Notes under the pieces: generated by a model | The model's input: the letters and a program-made list of their open reading frames with translations, nothing else | Databases searched by the model: none | What the model was told of the DNA's origin: nothing | Part shown: positions 49,053 to 61,929 of the stretch, piece after piece | Layout: every line of letters begins with the position of its first letter | Numbering within the stretch: the stretch's first letter is position 1 | Source of the DNA: Podarcis erhardii | Lineage: Eukaryota | DNA: 64,000 nucleotides | Direction: 5' to 3' (one strand) | Assembly: GCA_964252035.1 (NCBI GenBank) | Contig: OZ176200.1 | Made by a program: the position numbers and the translations under genes

Positions 49053-49355
49053 ACCACATTCCTTTGTGATCAGTTAGACAGAAGATCAATTACTGAAATT
49101 GTTTGGTGTTTACTGGAAAATGCGTAGACAAATGCCTTCATTGTTTTGAGAAAAGTCTTGCATTCTGACCTCATGCTTGCTTATTCAAATACAGTCCACT
49201 TTGGACATCATGCCAAACCATGGTTTGCCAAGGTTTTACTGTGATCCAGCATGACATCTGAATTGGCAAACTAAGTTGAGATTAGCTGTCAACTTCCCTA
49301 CAGTGGCAGGTTGAGCAAGTGAAGTTCTAGGAGGAAATGAAAGAATATTGTAGTG

Positions 49356-49468
49356 GAAGGATGGGCCTCCAGCTATTGCTGGACTACAACTTGCAGCATC
49401 CCTGCTCATTGGGGTTCATGGGAGTTGGAGTCCACCAACATATGGAGGGTCACAGTTTCCCCATCTTG
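49356..49468. mobile_element. Degenerate palindromic hAT MITE
   Basis: ggactacaact…catggGagttggagtcc…ggagggtcacagtttccccatc. Confidence 0.55.
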
Positions 49469-49706
49469 CTATGCACACCTTGGTTCAATTCAGATATGCC
49501 ACAAACCATGGTTTGTGTTAATCATTCTTTCGAAATGAGCATACAACCAATCCATGGTTTGTGCTCTGTTCCTTGCTTCCCCAAGAGTCCCTTGATGCTG
49601 TCCCAAACCATTCTGCTGTGCCTTGCAATACCATGTGTGAGGCTTTGTTAGTATTTCATTTATTTACTTGCAGACTTTCTAACCAGTGTTTTTTCTTCTA
49701 TGGTTA

Positions 49707-50067
49707 GCGACGTGGGTGGCGCTGTGGTCTAAACCACAGAGCCTAGGGCTTGCCGATCGGAATGTCGGTGGCTCGAATCCCCGCGATGGGGTGAGCTCCC
49801 ATTGCTTGGTCCCTGCTCCTGCCAACCTAGCAGTTTGAAAGCACGTCAAAGTGCAAGTAGATAAATAGGTACCGCTCCAGCAGGAAGGTAAATGGGGTTT
49901 CCATGCGCTGCTCTGGTTCAACAGAAGTGGCTCAGTCATACTGGCCACATGACCTGGAAGCTATCTGCGGACAAACGCCAGCTCCCTCAGCCTATAGAGC
50001 GAGATGAGCGCCGCAACCCCAAGTTGTCCATGACTGGACTTAACGTTCAGGGGTACCTTTACCTTTA
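49707..50067 (+). mobile_element. Sauria SINE, full length
   Basis: gcgacgtgggtggcgctgtggtctaaacc head and ggtacctttaccttta tail; short TSD atggtta. Confidence 0.92.
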
Positions 50068-50673
50068 CTCAACATGGTTACAGTAAGTGCCACACTTTAA
50101 CAACAAAAGGAGTACCTTGAGTACCCCCCCCAAAAAAGAGCACTGTACTCTTCACTAAGTAGTCACATTGGTCAGTTATCTCATGGGAGCAGTGCAGCTG
50201 AGGATTCTCTTGCCCCCAAAGGCCACAGGATCCTCATGCCTGGCATATACAGAGTTGCAGCTGAAATCTTTTCTCCCCAAGTCCGATACAAATGCCATGA
50301 CTTGGCAGCAGATGGCTTGACAGCATGAAGATGCTGAGTTAGCAGGAAAGGATTGATCACATCATTGTCTTACTTGGACTTAGGGGAATTCTGATCTGTT
50401 AAATGCACTTCTTTCTCATGGCCATTTCAGGCCTACATCCCAGCCCTAAGAGTTGCTGCCCTGGCATAATGAATACTCCCCTCCCAGTGCCATGATACTA
50501 TATGGGCCCCATTTCATCAGTCAGGGCTAGCTCCAGATTTGGGAAAGCTTGGGAGGGGGGGAGTTCTTATTGGTGAACCCCTTCTTATGGGCTCCTTTGG
50601 TCTTACCTGGCAGTGGGGACAGCAGGAGGGCTGGGAGTTGCTGTTTTAATTTTCCACAAAACACCGAACACAG

Positions 50674-51150
50674 TGTCACTCTGGGTGTCCTGAACCCCTA
50701 GCTTATCTGGGGCCAATATGCAAAGTCCAAAGGTCAATCCGCACAAGCAAAGTCTGAAGGTCAGGAAATGCAGCCCAGGGTCAAGCCATGTAGTCAGGTC
50801 TGAAGTCCAGCAGTCAGGATCCTGTCAAACATGAAGTACAGTCCTGTAGATGCCCAGAAGCATCCAAGTCAAGGTCCATCAACATGGGCAGCGGAGCAGA
50901 CACAACACCTCAGCTCTGCTTCCCTTTTATACTTTGCATGCTATTTGCAGCTTCTGGGCTTGATGAGGCAGATGACCCTCACCTGTTCCAAGCCCACTGC
51001 AGCTGAAGAATCACACACCACCTCCCAGAGCTAGTGAGCCCCACCTGGCCAGCTAGGGAGCTGGGCTGTGGGCCCTTGCCTGCCTCAGCCTCCTAGAACA
51101 CCCCTCTCACTGCTCCCTACGCCTCAAAGCCCACCGTGTTTGTGGAGACA
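50674..51150 (-). mobile_element. Possible Gypsy-type solo LTR
   Basis: tgtcac…gagaca termini, reiterated aagtc/ggtca motifs and a reverse TATA (ttttatac); no TSD found. Confidence 0.35.
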
Positions 51151-51748
51151 GCCCCCCTCCAGCATTTTGATCTCCTGGATCCAGTCGTAAGGATGTTGGT
51201 GGGTGTGAGACTGGCTGGTTAAAATTGCACAAATTAAATGCATGGAAGGCAGAGAGCTTAAAAGCTCTTTTGTACAGGGTTTTCCTGGTGCAGAAATAGC
51301 TTTCAAGCACTCAGACTCGCTTAGTGGGCTCTGGGAGGCTCTCATGAGATCTCGAATGGCCCCCAAAGATCTTTCTAGAGCCTCCCAGAGCCTAGTAAGC
51401 ATAACAGTGAACATTTAAGGGGGGTGGGTTTGCAACCCATTTGGCCCACTGCCTCTAGTAGGTAATATGTCTTGTGCTGGGATGGGTCCAGGGGGTGGTT
51501 TAACTACACACATTTTTGTGTATGTGAACCATCCCCAGAACATAACCTCGGTGCAAGTTGTGAGTTACGTGTACTGTTCTTATTCTATTGCATTTGGAAT
51601 GTGAGGTCAGTTACATATGTGGGATAGACCCATCAGAGTCTGCTCTAATCCAAAATGTAGATTAATAAATATATTTATATGGGTAAACAATATAAAGAAT
51701 GCTGTCCTGTATTCTATTATTTGGGTTTCCCCGGTAAAAACTGAAATA

Positions 51749-51990
51749 CAGTGGTACCTCGGGTTACATTCGCTTCAGGTTACATATGCTTCAGGTTACA
51801 GACTCCGCTAACCCAGAAATAGTGCTTCCGGTTAAGAACTTTGCTTCAGAATGAGAACAGAAATCGTGCTTCGGCGGTGCGGCAGCAGCAGGAGGCCCCA
51901 TTAGCTAAAGTGGTGCTTCAGGTTAAGAACAGTTTCAGGTTAAGAACGGACCTCCGGAACGAATTAAGTACTTAACCTGAGGTACCACTG
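51749..51990 (-). mobile_element. Tigger-like MITE, copy 3
   Basis: TIRs intact; left TA present, right TA mutated to TC. Confidence 0.9.
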
Positions 51991-52277
51991 TCATAATCTT
52001 AGCTAGTAATGTCAGGAATTAAATTTATTTGTGTGGCCGCGAGCTATCACAAAGGTAGAATATCAATAATAATAATAAAGATGCTTGAACAGTACCTACA
52101 ACATTGATGGGAAAAGTACAATAGCACTTATGTGTCATTAAAGGCTGGCACATTCCCAACCTAGAGGTGTCCTCTTACAAATAGTTACACGTGTGTGTAT
52201 ATGTGTTTATACATCTATATATGTGTATTTTGTCAGCTTGGCCTTCTTTGGAGGAAGGTGCGGAATATAAATCTAAT

Positions 52278-52329
52278 TCATCATCATCATCGCCATCACC
52301 ATCATCATCATCTCTCTCTCTCTCTCTCT

Positions 52330-52362
<33 letters not shown>
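52278..52362. repeat. Compound (CAT)n-(CT)n-(GT)n microsatellite
   Basis: Direct reading. Confidence 0.95.
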
Positions 52363-52366
<4 letters not shown>

Positions 52367-52981
52367 ACCTTTTCTGTTAAATATAAGGCAAATCTGTATA
52401 ATAAAGACAACATCTAGGGATGGTTTATTTGGATTCTTTTCCTCTTCAAGATGCCACATGTGATCTCAACCTTGCACCCTCAGCATTTGCTGCTGCTGCT
52501 GCCTTTTATTTAGCTGTCATGTCAGCATCCCTGCTTCACCCAACTCCTTCTGTTGTACAGCTGGGCATTTCTCCTTATGCATCGCCCCCAAAGAGGAACT
52601 GCATCACCAAACAGAGGACAATGAAATGCAGGCCTGTTTCATGGCAGCCACTCTGCAGATAGCTATTAGCTATCAGTTATCTTGAAGAATTCTTAAAGAA
52701 ACCCTAGAAAGTAGGCCAGTATTACTCTCCCTGTATTGGAGGTGGCTGCCCTCCATTAACATGGATTATAGGAGTGACTGTCACTTTCTGTCCAAGAAAT
52801 AAGAGACCTCCAGAATAGGTAGATGCCGCCTTCACTGCCCATTTCTGAATGCAATCAAGTTATTCTGGGCACATGCATTATTATTTTTTGCTCCTCCTGC
52901 CCAGTTTCTGTCTGCACTGGCTCGGCCTCTCCTACAGTAAATATGCCCCCTTAAACATGCCCATATTTCATTGGATCCACC

Positions 52982-53071
52982 CATAGCTGTCAACATTTCC
53001 CTTTTTTAAAGGGAAATTCCCTTATTCCAAATAGGATTCCTTGCAAGAAAAGGGAAAAGTTGACAGCTATG
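52982..53071. mobile_element. 90-bp hAT-type MITE
   Basis: Perfect 13-bp TIR catagctgtcaac / gttgacagctatg; perfect 8-bp TSD gatccacc. Confidence 0.88.
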
Positions 53072-54704
53072 GATCCACCTCTGAACTGAAGAGAAGTGAG
53101 CAATGATGACTGGTGTTGGGGCCTTTGCTCCTTTCATTGGGGTGGTGGCTGTTGGGGAAATTTTTGTGGCCCTCTCTCTTTTTCTGCTCTTTTAGGTGCA
53201 ACAACCCTTTGGTGTTATGCCACATCCTCACAAGAGCCATTTAGTGATTGGTGACAACTGCACTTTTTCAGAAATCTGTCTGTTGGCCCAGAAAAGTTGG
53301 TATCTGTGCTCTGGTTTCATTTTGTTTCCTCTCTCTCTCTCTCTCTCTTTATTTTGATCCCAGCCCCTCTCTTTAACTCAGTTTGGCTCTCCACATGTCA
53401 ATCTAGCGTCTATTATCTTTCCCTCTCCTAATTTGGCACCTGGTTCCTCCCTCCTCAGCCCTTCTGTACAGATTACTTACTGTTCTGTCTCTCCCTCTCT
53501 CTCACCCCCTAACTCCCTCTACAACTTTAACCAAATAATTGCCAGTCACAACGGACTATTTCCGTAATGAAAATCAATATTTTCCATAATGAAAATGGCC
53601 CATTTCTATAATAAACCACATATTTGATCATTCTAAGCTCTGGCTTGTCCCTTATGGTAGACCTAGTTTTCCTATGGCACAATGTGACTACAGCTTAAAG
53701 GTCTGAAAACAAGGAATCGGGTGTATGTGTATATTGTTATACATGTGTTGACAAGGACACATGGTAGAATTTGCAGAAAATGCATTTTCCTTGGCCAGCA
53801 ATGATTTCAGGTTTATGTATAATAAGGGTCTTCTCTTCAATGAACTCAAGATAAATGCAAGATCCTCCCGCAAACACTACCTTTTAGTAGCATCACTGCA
53901 TCAGCCAGTATCACACTGTTTCATCAAAATTGCATGTGGCACTCTGTGCATTCTGAGGACTTTAAATCATAATTCATGATAGAGAGTTTTTGATGTTTCG
54001 GCTGTTGGACTCGCACATAACCTTGGGAACCTATTCCAGAAAATGCAGTGGTGGTAGCACCATGAACTCTCTTAAGTGTTCAAGTTGACCGATGCCAACG
54101 CGCAGTGCTGTAAGGAAATTGCTTCTCCTGCGATCACGTTACATAGATTTATGGTTCAGGATTATCGATGCAACCTCAGCAGTAAAGGCAGTTAAGGGCT
54201 ACTTTCAAAAATGCTTTTGTACCGCCCTAGGCATACATCATTTGTGATTCTGATTTATCACAGGTACTGAATTGCAAAACCTTGGCAATAAGACGTGCTG
54301 CCGAGACATTTCACAATACTTTCTATACCCTCTAGGAACACATCAACACCATGCTAAAACACTAACATTAATCTTTGCAACACTATTCAGGAAAGTCTGA
54401 AACAATGCTTCTCATTCTCTTCAAACATCAAACAGCCTTTGGTTTTTTGTCATCTGTTCAAGCATAATCATACACCTCTGTATTGATCAAATAAGAGAGG
54501 GGAGACCATATTTACATTCTGATCTAGGAGACAAGTTGCTGACCAGTAATATCTGCCTCCAAAAAACTTTGGATTGTATTCCTCATCCTATAGACAGATG
54601 ATAGCTATAAAATCTGCATGCTAGTACAGCTCTACTTATTCCACTCAAACAACTTTTTTCTTTGCTGGAGCAAAGTTCATCGATTACCATAACTGATGTG
54701 TAGT

Positions 54705-54930
54705 TGGTTACAGGGAACCATGCAGAGGGCCTTCTTGGTAGCAGCGTCTGCCCCATGGATGTCGAGGAAATAAGTAACTATGTAACCTTCAGAAGAAATC
54801 TAAAGGCAGCCCTGTACAGGGAAGTTTTTAATGTTGAATGTTTCGTTATGTTTTTGTATATGCTGGAAGCCGCAGAGAGTGCTTGGGGCAGCCCAGTCAG
54901 ATGGACGGGGTACAAATAATAAAATTTTTA
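54705..54930 (+). mobile_element. L2 3' fragment
   Basis: ttacagggaaccatgcagagggcc…aaggcagccctgtacagggaagtttttaatgtt…aaataataaaatt. Confidence 0.85.
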
Positions 54931-55077
54931 TTATATTGAAGTGGAGAGTCTGACAATCCCCCACAACAACTTTTGGGAAGGGGGCCACAGTGTGTGGGGA
55001 GGGCGAAACACTGGCCAGCCCAATCCCACAAATGCATCACCACTTGCAGTGGTTAGGATTGAAGCCATAATGCTTAT

Positions 55078-55333
55078 GGGAGCCAGTGTGATGTAGTGGT
55101 TAGGAGCGGTAGACTCGTAATCTGGTGAACCAGGTTCGTGTCTCCGCTCCTCCACATGCAGCTGCTGGGTGACTTTGGGCCAGTCACACTTCTCTGAAGT
55201 CTCAGCCTCGCTCACCTCACAGAGTGTTTTTTGTGGGGGAGGAAGGCAAAAGGAGATTGTTAGCCGCTTTGAGACTCCTTCGGGTAGTGATAAAGCGGGA
55301 TATCAAATCCAAACTCTTCTTCTTATTATTATT
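55078..55333 (+). mobile_element. tRNA-derived CORE-like SINE, full length
   Basis: Box A tgtagtggttagg, box B ggttcgtgtctcc, (TCT/TTA)n tail; weak TSD tgcttat/tgctcat. Confidence 0.8.
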
Positions 55334-56004
55334 GTGCTCATCTCTTTTTACACTATCTTATAGATCACCACTCTTTATATTAAAATATAATCAGAATTCC
55401 TTTGGCTGCTTGGCCATCCGGCAGGGTACTAAAGTAAACAACCTCCACCCCCTTTGCTGGCTGGCTATATGTCAGCTTGAAAAGGTTGCTCTTAAATATA
55501 TCGATCCCACTCAGCTGAGTTTCACACCACCTTTAAAAGGGATACACTAGAGCAAGCAAAAATCAATCCAGCATCTTCCTCTTTGTTGGCACGGCTGATC
55601 GGTGATTCTCTGCGCTCCTGCATAAAATTGCTTCTGAATTTCAGAGCCAAATGGAATAGCCCATCAAGAGGAGATTGCAGATGGTCAACGTCAGGGCTTC
55701 TCTTTAGGAAGTGTTGTGGCGGTGATGGGGAAGGAAAGCACCCCTTGTCAGCACAGTCGCTTAAATAAGGCAGAGTCCAGAGAGAAAGTAAATGCTTCTA
55801 ACACTTTGCTGAGGAAAGCTGAATAAACACGGTATAAATCTGAAGAGAAAGGAACAGACAGGTGTAGGCTTTCTTTCTTCAGGTCTTGCAGAGTGGCCTT
55901 CAACCAAAAACACAGATGAAAAGCTGTAGGCTAAACCAGCCTCATAGGAACAGCATTAATTAGGTGCAGCATGCCTGCACCTAATTTATGCAAGAAGGGG
56001 TTAA

Positions 56005-56398
56005 TGTCATAGAGTTAGCTGTCCTGCCAGGCTTAGCCTATGCCGCTTCCTCTCACCTTGGGAGGAAATGGGCAATGAAGTCTTTGTTCCCTCACCTGAA
56101 CGTTGGCATATGAGGAGCTCTGAGCTGCTCCCACCAGCTGCATGGCCTTACTCAGCCTCTTTTGTTTCAGATAACAATGAAGTCTAAAACAAGCATTTTC
56201 CTATGTCAATAGTTTCGGAGCCTTTACTATATTGTAATCAAACCAAGCAATGTTTTACTACCTGTGTGTCTTTTGCTGACTGCTGTATGGAAAATCACAT
56301 GACTTAGACCTTTGGAGAGTTTGTAAGTAAACCATTTTTATAATTTACCAAATGTGTTTTTTTCTATCCTGGGGGAAGTGGGAAGCTTTGGAACGACA
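56005..56398 (+). mobile_element. Possible solo LTR
   Basis: tgtcat…acgaca termini; tgtaagtaaaccatttt segment similar to the 35111 LTR; TSD not matched. Confidence 0.45.
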
Positions 56399-57285
56399 TT
56401 TTAAAGTAGGATAGTTTGGAACTCACTGGAAAGGGCACATTTTAAGATTTTACATCCTATATTTCCATGTTTTTATTTCCTGCATGTTTTGCTATTTTAA
56501 ATCTCTGCTGGGGTTCTCTCACCAAAGAGTACTTGCCCCGAACCTGAAACTTGACAGCCAAGGATTTTCTAACAAAAGCTCCTGCAGAACTACACAGCCA
56601 ACCGGGGGCTTGTGCTAAATCAGCAAACATCATGTCACCATGTCTTGTTGCTATGCAACACCGCCAACCCACCCATCCCAGCTGTTCTTCGTTAGCTGAC
56701 ATCAGAATTAACACTTAAGTTACAAACTGAATGAGCCCTGCTGTTGTACTTCCAACACTCCTTTTTTTTATTTTGATCATGGAATGATTCCCCAGGAGTA
56801 TCTAAATATCTGGGTAGCTCACTGATTCTACACACTGAATAACTGGTATTTGGTTTAGACATAAGACAAGCCTATGCAATAGCTCTGTACTTCACTTTTT
56901 GGCTAATGTTAATATTATTGTGGTAGTTATTGAATGGTATAAAAAAGTGACCGGGGGGCGGGCAGGCTTGCAATTTAATCTTGAATATTTTAACCTTTGC
57001 TTTGAATGTTGCCTCCTCCAGAGTGGTTTAACAATCCCTCTTCAGAGGGGAACTCTAGGAATTGTAGCCCTGGGAGAGGAATAGGGGTCTCCTAACAACT
57101 CTCAGTATCCTGAACAAACTACAGCTCCCAGAATCCTTTGGGGGGAAGCCTTGACTGTTTAATGTGGTACTGCTTTAAATGTATGGTGTGAATGTGGCCC
57201 TGGTTTCCTTTTGCACAAGAACTTCACACAGTCTTTCTGCATAGCTGCTCAGAACAAAAATGAAATGCAGCAGCATGCCACATAA

Positions 57286-57421
57286 CAGGCATCCCCAAAC
57301 TCAGCCCTCCAGATGTTTTGGGACTACAACTCCCATCATCCCTCGCTAACAGGACCAGTGGTCAGAGATGATGGGAATTGTAGTCCCAAAACACCCGGAG
57401 GGCTGAGTTTGGGGATGCCTG
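57286..57421. mobile_element. Palindromic hAT MITE, young
   Basis: TIR caggcatccccaaactc / gagtttggggatgcctg; TSD ccacataa/ccgcataa. Confidence 0.9.
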
Positions 57422-57497
57422 CCGCATAATCTTATGTGCTTGTACTTTGGTGTACTTCAGCATACTCCCATGATACAGATGCCTCAGGTAAGCAGCA

Positions 57498-57935
57498 GTA
57501 ATGATGATGATGATGATATTTGTATGTCGCCCATCTTACTGGGTTTCGCCAGCCACCCTGGGCAGCTCCCAATGGAATATTAAAAACACCATAAAACATC
57601 AAACATTAAAAACTTCCCTAAACAGGGCTGCCTTCAGGTGTCTTCTAAAAGCTAGATACAGTGGTACCTTGGGTTACAGATGCTTCAGGTTACAGACTCC
57701 GCTAACCCAGAAAAAATACCTCGGGTTAAGAACTTTGCTTCAGGATGAGAACAGAAATTGCACAGTGGCAGTGCAGTGGCAGCAGGAGGCCCCATTAGCT
57801 AAAGTGGTACCTCAGGTTAAGAACAGTTTCAGGTTAATAACGGACCTCCAGAACAAAGTAAGTTCTTAACCTGAGGTACCACTGTAGTTGTTTATTTCCC
57901 TGACATCTGATGGAAGGACGTTCAACAATGCGTTC
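57498..57935 (-). mobile_element. L2 3' fragment split by a MITE
   Basis: …ccttcaggtgtcttctaaaagctaga[TA-MITE]tagttgtttatttccctgacatctgatgg is colinear with 46390-46460. Confidence 0.85.
57659..57884 (-). mobile_element. Tigger-like MITE, copy 4
   Basis: TIRs and TA TSD; inserted in L2. Confidence 0.9.
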
Positions 57936-57978
57936 TACATTTAATTCAACATTGGTTCTAAATTCCAATGGCTAAAAC

Positions 57979-58166
57979 GGGTGCTTTTTCGGGGGGGGGG
58001 CACGCAGGGGGATGCATACCCCTAAACATTTTGTGAATCTAATGGGAGATTCATCAGTTCCATTGCTACCCACGATGGCAGCCTCATTTCCTGTCACGAT
58101 GTTTCCTGAGTCTCAGTTGGAATGAGATTACCCCTAAACATTTTTTTAAAAAGAAAAAAAGCACTT
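57979..58166. mobile_element. MITE with GTGCTTTTT termini
   Basis: gggtgcttttt… / …aaaaagcactt; flanks share gctaaaac(g); internal repeat tacccctaaacatttt present twice. Confidence 0.75.
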
Positions 58167-58468
58167 GCTAAAACGATAGCTTGCATGAAATATTGTTAAT
58201 GGGACATTGGCCTGGTAATAGATACAGTATTATCAAGACAGCCAGTGTGATTAAGTGGCTATCAATCGCTGCTAGTCATTAGGCCTGTGTATTGCCTCTG
58301 TTATGGGAGGCAGTGTGCCCCTGAATGCTGGGAACCACGGGTGGAGAGAGGGCTGTTGTGCTCAGATTCTGCTTGTGGGCTTCCCATTGGCACTGCAAGA
58401 ACAGGATGGACTAGATGCTCTTCTTTCACTCTTATCTCACAGGCCTCTTGTGAGGATCAAGTGGAATA

Positions 58469-58715
58469 CAGTGGTACAGTACCTCGGGTTAAGTACTTAA
58501 TTCGTTCCAGAGGTCCGTTCTTAACCTGAAACGGTTCTTAACCTGAAGCACCACTTTAGCTAAAAGGGCCTCCTGCTGCTGCCACGCCACCGGAGCACGA
58601 TTTCTGTTCTTATCCTGAAGCAAAGTTCTTAACCTGAAGCACTATTTCTGGGTTAGCGGAGTCTGTAACCTGAAGTGTATGCAACCTGAAGCGTATGTAA
58701 CCTGAGGTACCACTG
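58469..58715 (+). mobile_element. Tigger-like MITE, copy 5
   Basis: TIRs (left one has a 5-bp insertion, cagtggtacagtacctc); TA TSD. Confidence 0.9.
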
Positions 58716-60340
58716 TAATGCTTTCTCCTGCTCTTCTGTTCCCCCATGACCGGCAGGAAACTAGGGCAGCTATTTCCATCCTTGTTGCAATAAAAGCGAG
58801 AGGTTGCTGTGAGGGTGAGTGAATGATGGTGTCAGTCAATCTCTTCTTGTCAAAAGTAAGGACCAGGACTGGGAGTCTCCTTTTGCCTGTAGGGGCCTTT
58901 GAGTCAGACGGAGCCACTACAGGCATAGAGAGGCTTCAGTGCACACAGACTCAATACATGAACTCACTGTGATCAAGGTATTGGAAATGTTTGTTTGTGA
59001 GGAAGCCTAACAGACGGAAAGCAAAGGAGAGTTTAAGCCAATTTCTTTTAACAGTCAGCAAATTAGGAAGTCAAAATATAGGCGTTCTGATGAGTCCAAT
59101 CCACTTGGGCTTTGATTTAAGGTGTAACTGGAAATGCTTCAGCAGTAATTTGCATCTTCCTAGCACTTAGGTTTATGCATATTTAATGATGACGTTGAAT
59201 AATTTTGAATCATCCTGGATCGACAGCACACGCCTCTACTTTCTGAAGGCAAGCTCTAAATAACCCAGAAATGCTTGTGTTTATGGGGGGGGGGGGAGTC
59301 ACAGGGAGACCATGGCTGGTCCAGTCAAAACGAGGTGCCAAGAAGGTGCTGCATGTGAATAGTTTCTAATGTGGAGGCAGCAGCCCCAAGAAGCAATTCA
59401 AAGTGTGTGTGGGGGGGGTGGGGGGTGGGGTGGTCCACTTGTGGTGTCGGTGGCAGGGCAGAGCTGCACTACCGACAGCAGAATGGCTGTTACCTATCTT
59501 GATAAGGATGGTTTGCACCAATGGGAAGCCCCATCCAGATAAACGGCAGCAACACCGATGTTGGGAAGCTGGTTCTGTGACTACGTCAAACCACTTGCCT
59601 CACTACTGGTGTGGTCCAGGGAGCATGTGTGTACACAGGGGAAGAAGGGGTGCTCAGCATGTCGGATTACATTTGGGGGGGGGAAGCGGCTCAGATTCGG
59701 GAAACCCAGATCACTGAAACAATTACTAATAACGTTTGGCATCCCACATGGCACACAGAAAACATAGAGCCTCAAGAACATTCACTATTGGATTTCCAGC
59801 GGCATTTTGCAACACAGCACACCTGCCATTGCAGAGGAATTTGCCATTTGATTGTTCCAGTCACGTTTCCTGTTGCCAGTATTCGGCTTTGGCCTGCACT
59901 GTATTTTGTGTTTGATTTGTGTTCTCCAGGTGGCATACAGAGGATTTCTTATTTAGCAGGTATTGCTGAAGCTTTTGCAGTGTGACGCTAGTGAATGTAT
60001 GGGGTGCTTTGCTTTCTCGTTATGAGATTTATTTTAAAGACCAACCAGATTACTTTCTTTTTTCCAAAATAGTCCATAATTTACAAGGAAGAGGCTTATA
60101 ACAGGGCTGCTGTGTTCAGCTGACCAGTAGTTAGATTAAGGAATTTAAAACAGTTAAGAGTGACAATTATTAGGCGGGAGATTGTGTGTGGGGAGTGCTG
60201 CTGTTTAGGTTGCCAGCCAGCTGATCACGCTGTCCTTCAGCACGTTCCTTCCCCCACCCCAGTCGTCTTCCCCCCAACAATCAATCAGCATTCCATGCCC
60301 ATTGAGCATGCTCAGTCAGCATGGGGTTTTATTTGTCCCC

Positions 60341-60679
60341 ACCCCTGACCATTAGGTCCAGTCATGACTGACTCTGGGGTTGTGGCGCTCATCTCGCTTT
60401 ATTGGCTGAGGGAGCCGGCATACAGCTTCCGGGTCACGTGGCCAGCATGACTAAGCTGCTTCTGGTGAACCAGAGCAGCGCACAGAAACTCCATTTACCT
60501 TCCCACTGGAGCGGTACCTATTTATCTACTTGCACTTTGACGTGCTTTCGAACTGCTAGGTTGGCAGGAGCAGGGACCGAACAACGGGAGCTCACCCCGT
60601 CGCGGGGATTTGAACCGCCGACCTTCTGATCGGCAAGCCCTAGGCTCTGTGGTTTAACTCACAGCGCCACCTGCGTCCC
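60341..60679 (-). mobile_element. Sauria SINE lacking its 3' tail
   Basis: Body is intact but begins at acccctgacc with no (AAAGGT)n; flanks share ccccaccc. Confidence 0.9.
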
Positions 60680-61929
60680 CCACCCACATTAGCTTTTCTC
60701 TAAAAGTGTATGTGTGTGTGTATCTGCACAGGCGCACAAGACCTCAGGTTCCCCATAGCTTGCTGATACCTCCTTCTTTGGGCTTCATAAGGACCCATAC
60801 TTGGAAAATTACTTTAATATTAGTATGCAGGAAGGATACATATATTTATAAAGATTGCAGGTGGCATGTGCCATATTGAATGAGGCATCCATGCTCTTCT
60901 CTCTCACACCTAAATAAATCAACTATAGAACCTGCCAGCATTGCTCCAAGGGGAGAGGGGGGGAATACTGCTGGCATCCCAAAGTCCTTTATTCACAGCC
61001 ACACAGGACTTGGGAGATAATACATAACTGTCCACCCAAGCAACTGCTAGCATTTCATGAAAAGGTTCAAATAAACATGTCCCCTTTTATGTGTTAGCTT
61101 ATATGTGGCCACAGGCATTCACATTTTGAACCCAGAGCCTGAACATCAGGTTTTTTCTTTTGTCTCGACTCTACCTGGAAACGACATGCAGCGTGAGTCC
61201 CTTTTCTAAGGCACCTGCGCGTTTTGAAACAAAAATATTTCGCTCTTCTGACTGAGCATAGATAATAACATCTTCCAGTTTGAACTGCCAGTGCTTCACT
61301 CCACCCTGCCCCCAAGAACGCATTTGCAAAATCAATCATTCCTTCCTTTTGTATTTCACTTGCAATAACTCGGATGGAAATGACCTAAAACATCCTTGGT
61401 GATTATTCCTTTCTCGATGATTAGGAGTGCTTCACCCTCCCCAAGAAAGCCACATTGTCGACTTATAATTATTTCCAGCAGTCCCTCTTGGCTCCGTTTG
61501 GTATGGATCTTAGATCAATGGCTTCTGGTCTGCAACAGCTCTGCAGAACTCCACTGCCAAGAAACCTCCACCTTCATCAGGAATCCAGACTGCAAATTGT
61601 CAGTAATCACAGTGGAAAGCTACACTTAGGCTCCCACTTTCCCATAAGCTCTCTGCAGCCCCTTCCATTCTAAAATTCTTACATTGGCATCAGACAGGCC
61701 TCAACAATATGTCTTGTCATAGGGAAAGGAGGTGGGGATTAAAGAAATTGGTTCTGCCCCCCCCCCCATCCTCAGATATATGGCTCACCCGTTTAATTTA
61801 TAGTGCTGCCCACTTTTTTCTCTCTCCAGCAGACAAAATATTTAGCCCCTGAAATCTCCCTCCCTCCTGCCCTTCTTTCTCTCCTCTTAGAAAAATTCCT
61901 ATCATGACAAGTGTATGTCTGTGTTGCAG

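Noticed and set aside
20251-55333. tRNA-like box A/B sequences as tRNA genes
   Set aside because: They are SINE heads followed by SINE bodies and tails; no cloverleaf.
1062-60629. Recurrent ORFs MASMTK(P/L)LL… (1062, 5220, 9669, 13776, 49679, 60402) that look like a peptide family
   Set aside because: They are chance frames within Sauria SINE copies.
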